A stretch of 64,000 nt of DNA from positions 7,130,001 to 7,194,000 of the forward strand of contig CP075497.1 of the NCBI GenBank assembly GCA_021613535.1, written 5' to 3'. Shown piece after piece: positions 37,252 to 52,832 of this stretch (position 1 is the first letter of the stretch; each line of letters begins with the position of its first letter). The notes below the pieces were generated by a model. The model searched no databases and was not told where the DNA came from. It saw only the letters and a list, made by a program, of their open reading frames with translations. The translations under genes were made by a program, and so were the position numbers. Origin of the DNA: Adineta vaga. Lineage: Eukaryota > Animalia > Rotifera.

Positions 37252-39890
37252 GGTTTAATAAACATAATACTATGAGAAGTTATTCGATAATATTCATTCA
37301 TGTTTTAATTTCATTAACGATTGATCTATTTAAGAAACAAAACAAAAAAAAAGAAGAAGATCGAACAAAATTGATAATGGACATGATTGATTATCATCTT
37401 CGTTTGGTTTATGATGAGTCATTTTTCTGCTTTCATTGAGTAGGTATCGATGACCTTTATGATATTATTATATTTTTGACAATTTCATCAAAATAGAAAA
37501 ATCATCAATAGAAATTCATTTATTAGTAACTAAAAATATAAATTTCAAATAAAAGAATGTTTCATCGAATGATGACTAACGACCTCTGTATGTCAAAAAG
37601 TTTGCTTTCATGTCGAAATAACTGTCACGTCTGATTTTGAATAATAAATTGATTAACAGAATCATACACCCAAAGGAAATTATATTAAAAGAGTTAGTTG
37701 AACGACGATCTGTGAACAAATCGAAAAAAAAAGAAAATTATTTTGTTCTGAACAACCTTGAAAAGATTATTCTTTTCTAAGATCTCGATTCCAACATCTG
37801 GTTATATAAACATTGGATGTGTTTATGATCGTTTTTCATAGATTAATATCCATCAAAATGATAATCCCATATTTACGAGATCATATAGAAGAAAAATATT
37901 CAATCAACAAGGCATATTTGTTTTCCAATGTGTTTACCAACCCAAGAAAGAAAAGATTTCCAAGACATCTCAAAGTCTATATTGATCTTTGATGAAATTG
38001 TACAATCGCTCATTTGTCTGTCATCTGATGTTTATATTTATTATTCGAGGTCTTGCCTTGTCTATTTCATGTAAAGATGTAAAAGGAAAATCAATTTGAT
38101 CTTTTCAAATGACACGTGTTCGCTTGGAGACATGCGCGAAAAAAAACTTGCAAAAGATATATAACGAATTGACATTCAGTCATTTGTTATTCTCTTTTCC
38201 ACTCTTTCTCTTCATTGTGTATTCATTTCATTAGAGAATCAAACATCATTATCTAATCACAGTAAGTCAAGTCTTCTTGATTGAATTCTCTGAACTTAAC
38301 AATATGTTCTAGACGTCGTCGAAACGTTCAGCGTCTAAAGCGTTTCATTACAAAGATATGAAGACAACTTCATCATCAATGAAAAAGCAACGATGTAAGT
38401 TTTTAAATTCATTCCCCGCCTAATAAAACTCGATGAAACAAACGGTTGTTATATTTTCTTCGCGCCTTATAAATTTCTATCTATTTCTCTTTCAATTCAT
38501 CTAATCAAATAAAGTTATTCTTACAGGTATATTGAGATATTTCTTATAAAAGTAATGTGTTTTTTTTTCTTCTGTATAGATCATACTCGAACATCGGATC
38601 ATCATTCAATTCACAATTTAAATAAACAGGTATGTAAAAACAAAGTATTCGAATTTTGAAATGAATATTCTCATATATAGATGATGTTCCTCTCTATGAG
38701 AGATTTTTTTCTTCTAGATTACTTTCTAGTTTTGCTTATTTTGATTCCTTTGGTATCACTATTGCCTGGCGGATAATGTCATGCTTTTACATCAATTGAT
38801 CGCTCTATCATCTAAATTGTTATTATGATTACTACATCTCTGTTCTCGTCACTGCTTTATCTTTCTCTTCCATTTTATTTATCGTCTATTACCGATACAA
38901 TGTGTCCTGTACAAGAGCGAGACCATCATTGACGACGACGACAACCCTATTAATATAAAAAAAAAGAGAAAGAGAAAACGAGAGAGTAGTTGGTGCCGAC
39001 GAAGGACGTATGATCAATGTGTTTATCGAGAAATCAGTCTTTTTTCTCTGACTGCTTTTTTCTCTTGTCACTATTATCATTTTAGTAGAACATTTTCCAA
39101 CTTTCATCATTATCTGTTCAGATTAAGATATGAGAATGCTTCAGGTAATTAGATCTTTTTTTTCTTGTTTTTTGATATTCTTCTTTTTTTTTCCAGTAAA
39201 AGTAAGCCAAAATCTATTTTGATCCAATTATGAAATCTGATCATTTAGTAATTCTCTATCAAAAAAAGACAATTATTCTAATAGAAAAATGTGTGGATAT
39301 TGACGACGTTGTACAGATTCCAGACGAAAAAGAGTTTAGGTTTCCCTTTCTCACGAGATATACATACACATACATAAATAATAAAAATAATAAAGAGATA
39401 GTAAAAAAATCTAATGTATGTGCGTGTTACCGCAAGGCATACAGCTGTACTCGTTGAGTTAAACAAACGAACAAATACATAGTACCTCATGTGTATGGTG
39501 TATTCTGTTCTTCTTTTTTTTTTTGAGAAAATCATGTCGGTAGCGCCACGATTGTCAAGTGAAATATAAAGGAAATATCTATTTCCTGTCATCTTCTTTC
39601 GATTGAATGTTGATCAGCAGCAGCAGCAACAGCATCATCGGACAAATCGATATGCTTCCTTTTCTTCTTTCGAACGAAGAACTATCTAATAGAATATAGA
39701 TCTATATATGCAAATCTTCTACTTTTCGATCAAATCTAATTAATCATTTTTGGAAATTTTTTATCAACTTTCGAAAAATTGATTAATCAGAAAGAAAAAG
39801 AAAAATACAAAAGCGACAGCTCGGTATGGCATCAGCCGGTTCCGGTCTTTGATTCTTTTTTTTCTCTCTATTCTAACACAAAACAAGACG

Positions 39891-42172
<2,282 letters not shown>

Positions 42173-43358
42173 TCCATTGAAATAGTTTTATTCTCTTTAT
42201 TTGTGTGTGCTCAGTTTGTGTCTTTCTTCTTTCTTTATTGAACAAGGAAACCAATCTTCTAGAAAAAAACAAAATTCAGAACATAAATAACGGACTTCTG
42301 CTGATATATATATATGTATATTGATCATAAAAGAAAAGAAACATGATGTTGATATATTTTCTGCTTCTCTCATCAGAATTGATGATGGATATGTGACTGT
42401 TGTTATCGAGATTCTTTTCTGTTTCATACAGCTGTTCTTTTTCTTCCTTTGAATGAATAGAATAGAACAATTGCCCTTTGCCGTTCGAGTCAGCAAGAGG
42501 ATAACAACTTGTGAACAGGCGAAAAGAATCAATCTTTTTTTTTCTCTGATTAATGTCAGTTCAGCTATCCTTTTTTTTTGTTTTATAACCTTGAACATTT
42601 TTAATAATGAACATCTGGTTAAATAGCTGCCATACTCTTTTTTTTTCTTACGTTCTTCTCCAAAAGAATATAATCTGAACCATCTGGCAGACCAGCTAAA
42701 TGTCTGCCATCTGCATATTATTATTCCCTTGTTGATCAAGAGTTTTTTCTGGTTAACATGCATTTCTACATCTGCACAGTTGCTTTATTTTTACGTTGTC
42801 TTCTTTGATATCCTCGTTTTCTCTCTCTCTCTCCCTTTTCCTACTTCGAAACTTTTGAGAAGAAAATCAGCTGCATGATGATATACAACGTGCTACTTGT
42901 TGTATCATTCTATATGTCGATAGCAGATGGTGATTATTCACACTGAAGAAAGAAAAAACAAGGCATTTCATTTGATTACTCGTTGTCGCTTTTGAAATGT
43001 TCAGAGAATTACTAACCATCTGGATTTCTTTCTTTCTTTTTCACATCTTTTTTCCTGTCTATTCATTTGATATTATTAATCATAAGAATCAGGTATGTAC
43101 ACGTAGTATACCATTGAAAGAACGAATCTGTTGAATATCTTCTTTTATGAATTTAATCTATTTAAATAATTCTTAGATAGTTATCTCACGTAGATATATA
43201 TATATTTCTAAATAAAATGTTTCTTTTACCTTATAATTTTAAGTGGAGACAGCTTGTTCATAGTGACAGCTGTTAACGATGAAATAAGGAAAGGGAGAAA
43301 ATATTTTACTTTACGTTCTCTTTTTAAAATTGACTATCATTCTTTTTTAGATTTTCAT

Positions 43359-45166
43359 ATGTCAACCGATATGAGTGAGAATTCTATACCATCCACATCC
43401 CTAAATACAACTACAGATATTAATAATTCTGAATCATCATCATTATTACCAACATCAACTAATACTAAATCACCTCCTTCTTCTTCTTCTTCTTCTTCTG
43501 TTCAAAATATATCACGATCAAATTCTCCTATTCAAACCTTGTCAAAACAATTAGATAAATTATGTCGATTTCTTAGTACATTGTATCATTTTGGTATGGA
43601 TATTTCCAATGAAATAGGTGAACGTGTTCGAGCATTGATCTTAGCTCTTGTCGTACGTAATCTATTGTTTCATAATAATAAATAAATAAATCTATATAAA
43701 TAGAATAATGCCTTATCCGTTGAAGAATTTCATGGAAAATTACAATCGACGACTAATTTTCCATTACGACCATTTGCATTACCATTTTTAAAAGTAATTT
43801 GATCAAAGAAGAAAAATGAAGTAAATTTAAATGAATTTTCTTTTATTTTCAGTCTACATTACCTCTTCTACAAAAAGAACTTCTACAATTAGCTCGTCAA
43901 TCGAAACAAACTGTTAGTCAGTTTCTTGCGCAACATGAAGAACTAGTATTCTTATCACGTGATGTACTTGAAAATGAAATTAATTCACCAAAAGATCAAT
44001 TAAATGAGAATGGAAAACGAAAATTATCTGACGAGTAAAAATTTCTCTCAAATATTTTTTCAATTATTTAAAATTTATATTCTAGTACTAATGAAATTGA
44101 TGAACGTCCCTATGCAACGAAACGTTCAACCATGAATCATCGAACATATATGAATTCTATTCGACGCGATAAAGATCGTTCATTCACTTCTTGTAATTTC
44201 TTTTTCTTTGAAAAAAAAAGTTTCTTATCTTTCATCTATTTCTTAAAGATCTACGAGAATACTCCAATGATTATAAAGATGTAGAAGATGAATGGAAAAA
44301 CGCAGAAAATGTTTGTAAAATTTCTTACTGTTTTTTTTCTCTTTTAATCAATCTTCTGTAAATTTAGATGCTTAATTGTATGTTGGAAATGGTAACAAAA
44401 AGTAAACGTGTTCTATTTGTTTTACAACAAAAAGATATGCATCTTCGTCGATTGATTGAAACAAATGAACTTGAATGGAGACGAAGACATGCAGATTTGT
44501 TAACACAAACAGACGATCGAATTGCTGAAATCCGACGAAAAGCTGGTAAAAATTGTTTTAGAATAGCTGGAATCATGATCGATTTATTGAGTTCTTCTTT
44601 TTGGTTGTTTAGAAGAAACAGTTTTGGAAATCAAACGGCAATCAATAATTGATTTACAAAAAGCAGTTACTCAAAGTGAACAAAAATCGAATGATCTTTT
44701 ACTTCGTGAACGTGAACAATATCAACGTTTAAAAGCTCAAACATTTGAAGAAGCCTATACATTACTCAATAGACAAGAAGATGGAGCAGAAGTATGAATT
44801 TGTTTTACATTAAAATTGATAATCACGATTAGTTTATTAAACTAGCATTGTTGGCATTGTGGACGAAAAGCAATTGAAACATGTTCAGGTTGTAATGTCG
44901 CACGATATTGTGGACAATACTGTCAACATCGTGATTGGGAATTGCATCAGAAATTATGTGGAGCAGATTTAAAAAGAAAACTTCATGATAATCCACAATT
45001 ATGTCGACATTCAATACCAAAGATGATCTCTTTGAATCAACATAAAGACGATTCAATCATACCAACTACACCGAATGTATCATCACCACCAATAATGAAC
45101 AATGGTAATGAAAAATCCGAAAAGAAAAATGATGAATTTCCTCTGGTCAAGACGGAAAGTAATTAA
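43359..45166 (+). CDS. CBFA2T: MTG8/ETO/nervy co-repressor (NHR1/TAFH, NHR2, NHR3, MYND)
   Basis: [57 protein letters not shown]; [19 protein letters not shown]; [45 protein letters not shown]. Confidence 0.93.
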
Positions 45167-46743
45167 AATATTATTTAGCTACATTTTGTATAAATATTTG
45201 TTTTGTTGTACAATGTATTTGTATGTATGTGTGTATGATTTTGTCAGTCAGACAGAAAAGTCAATATGATATATAGAGTTTTATTAAATATTACAAGTTT
45301 TACAATTCAAATTTCAATTCTATTTATGAAGAAAACGCCATTGAAATTCTCTAAATGCAAGATGTGCATGTAAACAATTGAGTTTTTACATAGACCTATC
45401 AATAAGCATATTCAATAGATTTATTTCTCGAAATATCATTTTTCAATTCGTCGAAAAATCAGAAATGACTCATCCTTAGTTGTCACTATCCTGTGTTCGA
45501 TCTAATTATATTTCCGCACACATACATATAAATAAATATATTATTTTGATTACTTTTATTCTTAACATATCTATTTACCTTTTCTGCCATATAAAATGAT
45601 TTTTTTCCTCTAATTTGATTAGTGCTTTCACGATACGATTGCATCGTGAATATTACAAACATTTCTTCTAAAAATCTTCTCACATTGTAAGTGGATTCAT
45701 TTGTTGAATAGAAAAGTGATGAAAATAATATTGTTTCATTAATCTACAAATGCAGTACAGAGACTTGTGTTTATAAATTATGAACGATATTGAAGGTATT
45801 TTCAAGAGTACGTTGTGCTTAAGAAAGATAAAACGAACATACTTGTAAACAATAATGAAGAAGTACACATAGACACACGTAATCATATACGTCATTGTTA
45901 ATTTGAAAAGAGAAAAAAACAAGACAGCACGCCATAAATTTCATTTTCTTTCCTGAAGTTTACCCTTATCTATGATAATTTTGGAAGTATCTGACTCAGA
46001 TGTTTTCTTATTGATATTGATAATAGAATCATAAAATGTTCTTTTTTTTGCCATCATTATTAATTGTAGTAGAAGAAAAGCGTTGTACCATGCAGAATTA
46101 AACAAGAATAATTATATAATAGAAAAGTCTAATTCAGTCTTTTTGATGTATGTCGAGAAAATGCATTGAGTTTCTCTGAGGAAATTAAATAAATTTCTAT
46201 ATATTATTAGTCTTTTTTTCAGTTCTTTTACTATTTTTTTTCTTCAATCTTCTCGTTTTTATACATTACATAATAGTTAAATACGATTCGAATTCTTCAT
46301 GTCACAAAAATGTATGCTTTTTAAGTATATAAGAGAGAATTTTTTGAACAATTAGCGACTATTTATGACGTTCTTTTTGAGTATATAGATATAAGTGGAA
46401 ATGAGAGATAATAGTTATTCATTTATATGCTCTAATAAACTTTCTAAATTTAGTAGAAGAGGAGAAACGTTTTTGTTCTATTTAATTTTTTTCATCACCG
46501 TTTGTTAAGAAGAAAATAAAGTAAATTTCTTGTTTTTTAAGCGAGTACAACAATCTTTGTAGTAATAGAACTGTAATTGGTATGTTCATATCTTTGCAAA
46601 GAATATTCTAATAGTTTCATTAAAATTCAAGAATTCATTCAGATATATTTTTCAAAAGAAATCTAAGAAAAAACTAATTATGTCGTTCATCGTAGTTTAT
46701 GATCAGCACGAAGAAAACATGTATTTGTAGATTATTAAGTAAA

Positions 46744-47961
46744 ATGGGACGCAGAAAATTAACGGCAGGACATGATTCTAGTTTACCATTAATCTGCTCT
46801 ATATGTGGAGATGTAGCACACGGACATAATTTTAGTATCGCATCATGCATTTCCTGTAAATCATTCTTTCGACGACATGGTCTCCTCAAACCTGTAAGTT
46901 TAATCGTATAAATCAAATTCTCAAATAAATAAAGAAAATATCAATAGAAAAATTATGAATGCAGATTTAATGGAAATTGTTTGATAACGAAAGCAACACG
47001 AGCAGATTGTCTCTATTGTCGACTGACAAAATGTTTAGAAGTTGGTATGGATCCATTAATGATACGAGGTCCATCTAACTTATCTAATAAGTCTATCAAC
47101 GACACACAATTAATAAAAAAAAATATTCAACCACTTTCACTACCACGGGTAAGATTATCATCCTTCATCTCTACTCTTATCGCTTGTGCTTTCTCTTGTC
47201 TATAGCCTGAAACTCTCAATCTCCTTCAGAATGATTGTTCACGTCTTACAAGTGATCAATGGAATCTTCTTTCCAACATCATTCGTTCATATGATGAGCA
47301 AAACACGATTCAGCATGTTCAGAATCTTCTCAACCGAAAATCTTCTTTTCCTCCAAAACTTCGACTCAAATCAGAGGAAATATTTTCTATTTTCAGCAGT
47401 GGTTTCATACCTTCCAACCACTCATCGAAAGATCACCACATTTTCGTCATTTATCGTCTACTACTCGACGCACACTTGTTGTTCATAATATCTTCATGAC
47501 TGGCACTCTCAATGGCTATTTAATCAATCGTGAAACGAATGCATTCTACCATGAAATTCTCGCAACTGTTGCTATGGCTCTCTGTGGAAAAGAGCATGTA
47601 ATGAATTGCATAAGAGACAATAATCAATTGGAAAAGAATGGTACTCTAATCAAAATAATGGTGTTTGTGATGTTATTTTCGAGTAACTGTTCGATAGTGA
47701 TGTATACTGGTGTACCGATTTGGGACAATGTCGAGTTCAGTGGAATTAGTTCGTGTTCAGAATGTGTATGTGACAATGCTGTGGAAATATATGATGTATT
47801 TGTATGGACACGATGAAACAGTGGTACGTTTCTCATTGTTGATGCAACGTATCTTGACAATGTATCAGCGAACTGAAAATACAATGAAAACTACATTGTA
47901 CTCAAAATTTGCGGATGAGATCGCGACACGAACAGAAAAAGTATTGAATATACAGGATTAA
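46744..47961 (+). pseudogene. Nuclear receptor (NR1-like expansion type) with two apparent frameshifts in the ligand-binding region
   Basis: DBD CSICGDVAHGHNFSIASCISCKSFFRR..CRFNGNCLITKATRADCLYCRLTKCLEVGM. After intron 47149-47205 the frame hits TGA at 47497-47499, while LBD-like sequence continues in shifted frames (shifts near 47400 and 47715). Assembly indels are an alternative explanation. Confidence 0.7.
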
Positions 47962-48245
47962 AATACAGTAAAATTTAATGTTTTTATAGAACAATTATAT
48001 TTGTATAAAAAATCTTATATTGTAATAAATGTGTATTGTTTATTTTGAATGTAGGATCTACTTAATTGTAAGCTTGACGTTTTGTGACAAGATTTTATTT
48101 TGCTTTTGTTATTTTCTAGATATTTGATACTTTGTAAAAAAAATAAGCATTGCCATTATAAGACTTCGAGACATTTCTTACGGAAATTACATAGAAACAA
48201 AACCATAAGTTTTTATTTGATTAAAACATATCTCTTTGTTACTTT

Positions 48246-49040
48246 TTATTCGGAAGAAAATTCTTTTGGTTTGATATTATTAATCTTTTTAAAACAAATT
48301 GGACATGATTGTTGAATTAAACTATAAGCACATACATAACAAAAATAGTGTTTACATTCTCCCATAGATTCATGTGGCATAACAATAGATTGTTCACATA
48401 CTGAACAGATATTTGTTTGTTCAAGTCGTTTCATTATTGTTCCTGAAAGATGTTTTCTCATAAATGTACGTGCTTTTAATGAACTAATAAATGGTATTAT
48501 TGTTCCTAATGTTTCATTAAGTGTATGCCAGATTAATTCACGTTTCATATACGAATAATCAAGTACACGAAGTGCTGGAGGATAATTATGAACAGTTGTT
48601 AAACGAGTGAAACGTTCAAATAGATTGATATATGTTCCATGATGAAGAAAGAAAAGAAAATTGATTAATAAAAATGCTTTATAGATAAATTGAAATGGTA
48701 ATAAACGACGATAATCCACGAGAAATTTCTCATAGAGATACGAAAAAACAAACGATGATAAATACAAAAATTTCTGCCAACGAGTCTGTATTGATGGAGA
48801 ATATTTAAGCTGTAGAAGTTGTTGACCAATAGTTGCTGATGAACGTGATGATAGAAGTGTATTATAAGATGTTAATAGACGAAGAAATAATTGAAATTCA
48901 TGTTTTAATGAATGAATTAAATGCGAATAGGAATGACGAAATAAAGATGAAAATATTTCCCAATTATATGACTGAAAATCTTCATCGAGATGATTCGCAT
49001 CAATCTGTGGTGTACGCAATGCTGACATTTGTTGATTCAT
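48246..49040 (-). CDS. PEX2: Peroxisome biogenesis factor 2 (Pex2/Pex12 domain plus RING)
   Basis: LRTPQIDANHLD, ATIGQQLLQLKY, LINFLFFLHHGTY..L.ER, LDYSYMKRELIWH, RING CSVC..PH..CKHYFCYVC..CPIC; intronless. Confidence 0.88.
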   Translation of the reverse strand: MNQQMSALRTPQIDANHLDEDFQSYNWEIFSSLFRHSYSHLIHSLKHEFQLFLRLLTSYNTLLSSRSSATIGQQLLQLKYSPSIQTRWQKFLYLSSFVFSYLYEKFLVDYRRLLPFQFIYKAFLLINFLFFLHHGTYINLFERFTRLTTVHNYPPALRVLDYSYMKRELIWHTLNETLGTIIPFISSLKARTFMRKHLSGTIMKRLEQTNICSVCEQSIVMPHESMGECKHYFCYVCAYSLIQQSCPICFKKINNIKPKEFSSE

Positions 49041-49445
49041 TTTATGATCTGAAATAGGTTTTTGTATAGTAATGAAGAAAATCATTTTGATTGTCAATCA
49101 GAAACTAAAGCAAAAGTTTTCTTCAATAAGGAATAACTGTCAGCTACATTCTAAAGTATCTTTGAAACATTCAGTTAATGATTAAATAGGTTTCTTCATT
49201 GACGATCTTAAATAAGGTTCTATTACCTTTCATTGTACGAACTAACACGATTTCATATGTTTTTATAATTGAAATGTTTGAATGTATTTATAAAACTAAA
49301 TGAAGAAATAAACAACAAGATAAGTAATGACCTCTATTGAGATAATATTGGTCTTGGTTTTAACTAATCGTAACGGAAGATTCAAAACGTTTCTGTCTCT
49401 TGTTCTTGCGGGCTTTTGTATTCAACCAGCGAATTTCATTTTGAA

Positions 49446-50302
49446 ATGTCTAACGATAACGAAGTAAAATATGATGTAATGTACAAATGAGATTCTATCT
49501 AATAAATTGTAGAACGATACAAGTAGCGAACTTGAAGAAAATGATACTATTGAAGATAAACGTCGGAAGAATGTACTGGAGAATCAAAAATTTCTTCGAA
49601 CTCTTCATTTGTTTAATGTATGAAAGTCTTTTTAGAGCGATAAAAGGTTGTTTTTTTACACAATTTGATTTTTAGGTACGTGATGATTTAAAATCGACAG
49701 TAACATCGATGACAACACATGAACGAAAGAAAATTATTGATCCGTAAGAGTTAGTCTTTATTCTTCTCGAAGATAGAAACTCAAATTGAATAGTTTAGTT
49801 TGCTGTTTTCTCAACTTATGTATGTGCTATTTCTTAAATTGAGTTTCATTACAAAATGAAATCGATGACTTTGAAGATCGGATCTGCATTTTATTAATCT
49901 TCTTATTTTTCTTTGTTTAGATCAGAAATACGTCGAAGTTCTCGAATTCGATCAATGCCTCAAACGAACTATAATAATAATAATCAATCGATTGATGATA
50001 AGGAAGAAAACATTGTGATTTTAACTGATGATAGTTCAGACGAAGAAGATGAAGATAAATTAATATCTGCTTTCATATCAAAAGCTGATCAAGATTGGGA
50101 GCCTGTTCATCCAGAAAAACATGTTGCCAACAAACTGCCACATCCTCATCGTAAAGCTACTAAAACAAGTTCTGGTGGTGTGAAAATATATCATCCAAAT
50201 ACGGGATTACAAGCGTCGACAGTTATGTCGACAGAGAGACCACATCGTGTTTGCGTATCGAAAAAGATAAATGTTGCTATTTCATCTTCCGAAGAAGATT
50301 AA
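49446..50302 (+). CDS. Tandem family copy A: R..N..(E/D)NQ.FL..L motif protein
   Basis: Four exons; IEDKRRKNVLENQKFLRTLHLFN|VRDDLKS..RRSSRIR. Confidence 0.7.
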
Positions 50303-50370
50303 ATCTTAATGAAATTTTTTATGTAAATAAATGTATACGTTTGATTTATTCGTTGTAGATTTTGAAACTA

Positions 50371-50876
50371 ATGGCAAAAATAAATTGAAAAGATCTTTAG
50401 TAGAAATTATTATAGTTCTATTATTCTTAGCGCAATGTTGAAAAAATTCGTCAAAAAAATCTGGAAGAAAATCAACGTTTTCTGGAGCAACTTCGTATGA
50501 ATAATGTAAGGATTATTATATTCTCTATCGTTGTTGTTTTTTTTATTGTTTTGATTCAGATTCGTGATGATTTCGTCAATTCAGTTCGTTCAACTGTTGT
50601 TAAAGATAAACGAAAGAAGAAAAATTCTATTCAATATGAAAAGTAAAATAAGCCCAAACAGCAATCTATCGTTTACTTTAAATTTTCATTGATAATAGAA
50701 TTGATCGTGTTACACGATATAGTTTAAAAGTCCAATCAGGTGAAATTCAACCACGTATTCCTCAATGGCAACAAAATATGAAACGAAACAAAGGTCAACC
50801 TTCGAAATGGACCATATTTTATTTCAATAATGCCAATCCATATCAACGTGTCTATAAACCACGAGTTCGAAATTGA
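50371..50876 (+). pseudogene. Tandem family copy B, 5' end apparently damaged
   Basis: NVEKIRQKNLEENQRFLEQLRMNN|IRDDFVNSVRS..TRYSLKVQSG..WTIFY..NPYQRVYKPR. The first donor reads ATAAAT where paralogs have GTAA, and an in-frame TAG lies near the start of exon 2. Confidence 0.55.
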
Positions 50877-50981
50877 TTTCTCTTTAACTGAAAATCTTTA
50901 GTTCTGTCTTAGCTATGTATATGTTTTTGATTAATTAGAATAAAATAGTATTTGTATTTCAGATTATTCAACGTTTAAATC

Positions 50982-51692
50982 ATGACAAAAGTAAGAAGTT
51001 TGAATTTAAAAATGTGAAAATGGTTAATTCGATTGATCGTATTAGTTGGTTTCAATACAAAAACGAAATATTGATGATATTCGCCGAAAGAATCTTGAAG
51101 ATAATCAACTTTTTCTAAAACAATTACTTATGAATGACGTAAAGAAAACTTTATCAATCGATCATTTCGATTTCTTTGTCAATTTAGATTCGAGATGAAT
51201 TTATCAATTCTGCTCGTTCGATTCTTCGAAAAAAGGATAGTACAGAAAAAATGCCTATTCAATATGAAAAGTAAGTTCTCAAGACTAATCTTTAGCTTTA
51301 ATTTCGAGTATGAGATCTGCACTTGTCACTTGACAACTGCACTGAAATACAAGATGATTTGGTTTATTACTGCTTATAAATAGAGAAGGTATTTGATAGT
51401 ATTGACTTTTAGAGTTGAATATCCAACGCGATACAGTTTAAAAGTGAAATCTGGTGCAATTCTTCCTTATACTGAACAACGCCAACTGGATAAAGAACGA
51501 AAACTAATGGAAAAAGAACAAAGAAAACGAGCGAAAGAGATGCGTCAGCAAAGACGTCGCCATCCCTCGAGATGGTCTTTATTTGATAAGAATAATCCTG
51601 AACCATATCGACGTATCTTCAAACCACGTCATACTAAAATTGACGAACGAATTGAACAAGAAATCACAGAATGTTGTATCGAAGAACATTGA
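50982..51692 (+). CDS. Tandem family copy C
   Basis: MTK|..NIDDIRRKNLEDNQLFLKQLLMND|IRDEFINSARSILRKK..TRYSLKVKSG..WSLF..PYRRIFKPR. Confidence 0.75.
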
Positions 51693-51827
51693 TAAATATG
51701 TTTGATTTTTCTTTTGTTATATATATTAGTTGAATAATAATGTCAATTAGAAACTAGTTATATCTATTTTTCAGATTTATCTTTTGATCACTTCTCTATT
51801 TGATTTTTATATTGCGAACAAATTCAT

Positions 51828-52536
51828 ATGCCGAAAGTAATATGCGAGAAGATTTAGAATGAAAATGATTATTTATTGATTAATATAGATTATTCGTTCA
51901 CCTAGACGTGATGTGGAAAATATTCGACGAAAAAATGTAGAAGACAATCAAATATTTCTTGAAAGTCTTCTTATGACAAATGTAAGATCATATTTTGTGT
52001 GATATGTCAAGCAGATATTTAGTCTTATTTATTGTAAAGATTCGAGCCGATTTTCTTCATTCAGCTCGTTCAATTCTTCGAAAACATGAACGTGATCGAA
52101 CTAAGAAAAAACTTGATTTTGAACAAAACAAGTAACATTAAAGATCATTGTCTATTAGTAGTTTTTTGGTTAAACCGATATCTATATCATTTTTAGGAAA
52201 GAATATACTACTAGATACAATGAAAAAGTCAAATCTGGTGAAATTGGGCCTTTCGTACCGGAATGGCAACGTGAACTAGAAGAGAAGAAAAAAGAAGCAG
52301 AGAAGAGATTATTGGAAAAGGAACGAAAGAAATTAGAATTTGAACAAAAACGGCAAGAGTATAAAATGAGAAAAGAAGAAGAATTATTTGAAAAAGAATT
52401 ACGAAAAGTTGAACAACAAATAGCAAAAGAAGAGAAAAGAAAACTATCTCCATGGATTATATATTACAAAAATTGTCCAAATGGAAATCCTTATGGACGT
52501 GTATTTAAACCGCGATTGAGAAAAGTAGATCAATAA
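51828..52536 (+). CDS. Tandem family copy D
   Basis: MPK|..DVENIRRKNVEDNQIFLESLLMTN|IRADFLHSARSILRK..TRYNEKVKSGEI..PWIIYY..NPYGRVFKPRLRK. Confidence 0.75.
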
Positions 52537-52832
52537 GCGGAACAGAACTTTTGTTGATAATTTCTGAAATTCGATTATTTTATTCTTTTACATTTGTTTA
52601 TATACATATACATAGATTTATTTGTTGTTTTTTATATGATCAAATACTGTTTCCTATATTTTAAATGATGAGAAATGAAATAAATAAATGAACTTTAAAT
52701 TGTGTTCTATATAGAAAACAAGTTACTATCTTGATAATGATTTTATATGAAGTTTTCTTTCTTTTTTAATCATTTATTAATCTTATCGTCTATGACAAGA
52801 TTTCCCGATAAAAAAACGCTGAGATCTTTGTA

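Noticed and set aside
42197-42763. 188-aa minus-strand ORF after ELAV
   Set aside because: Antisense to the U-rich ELAV 3'UTR; K/I/F-rich with no domain.
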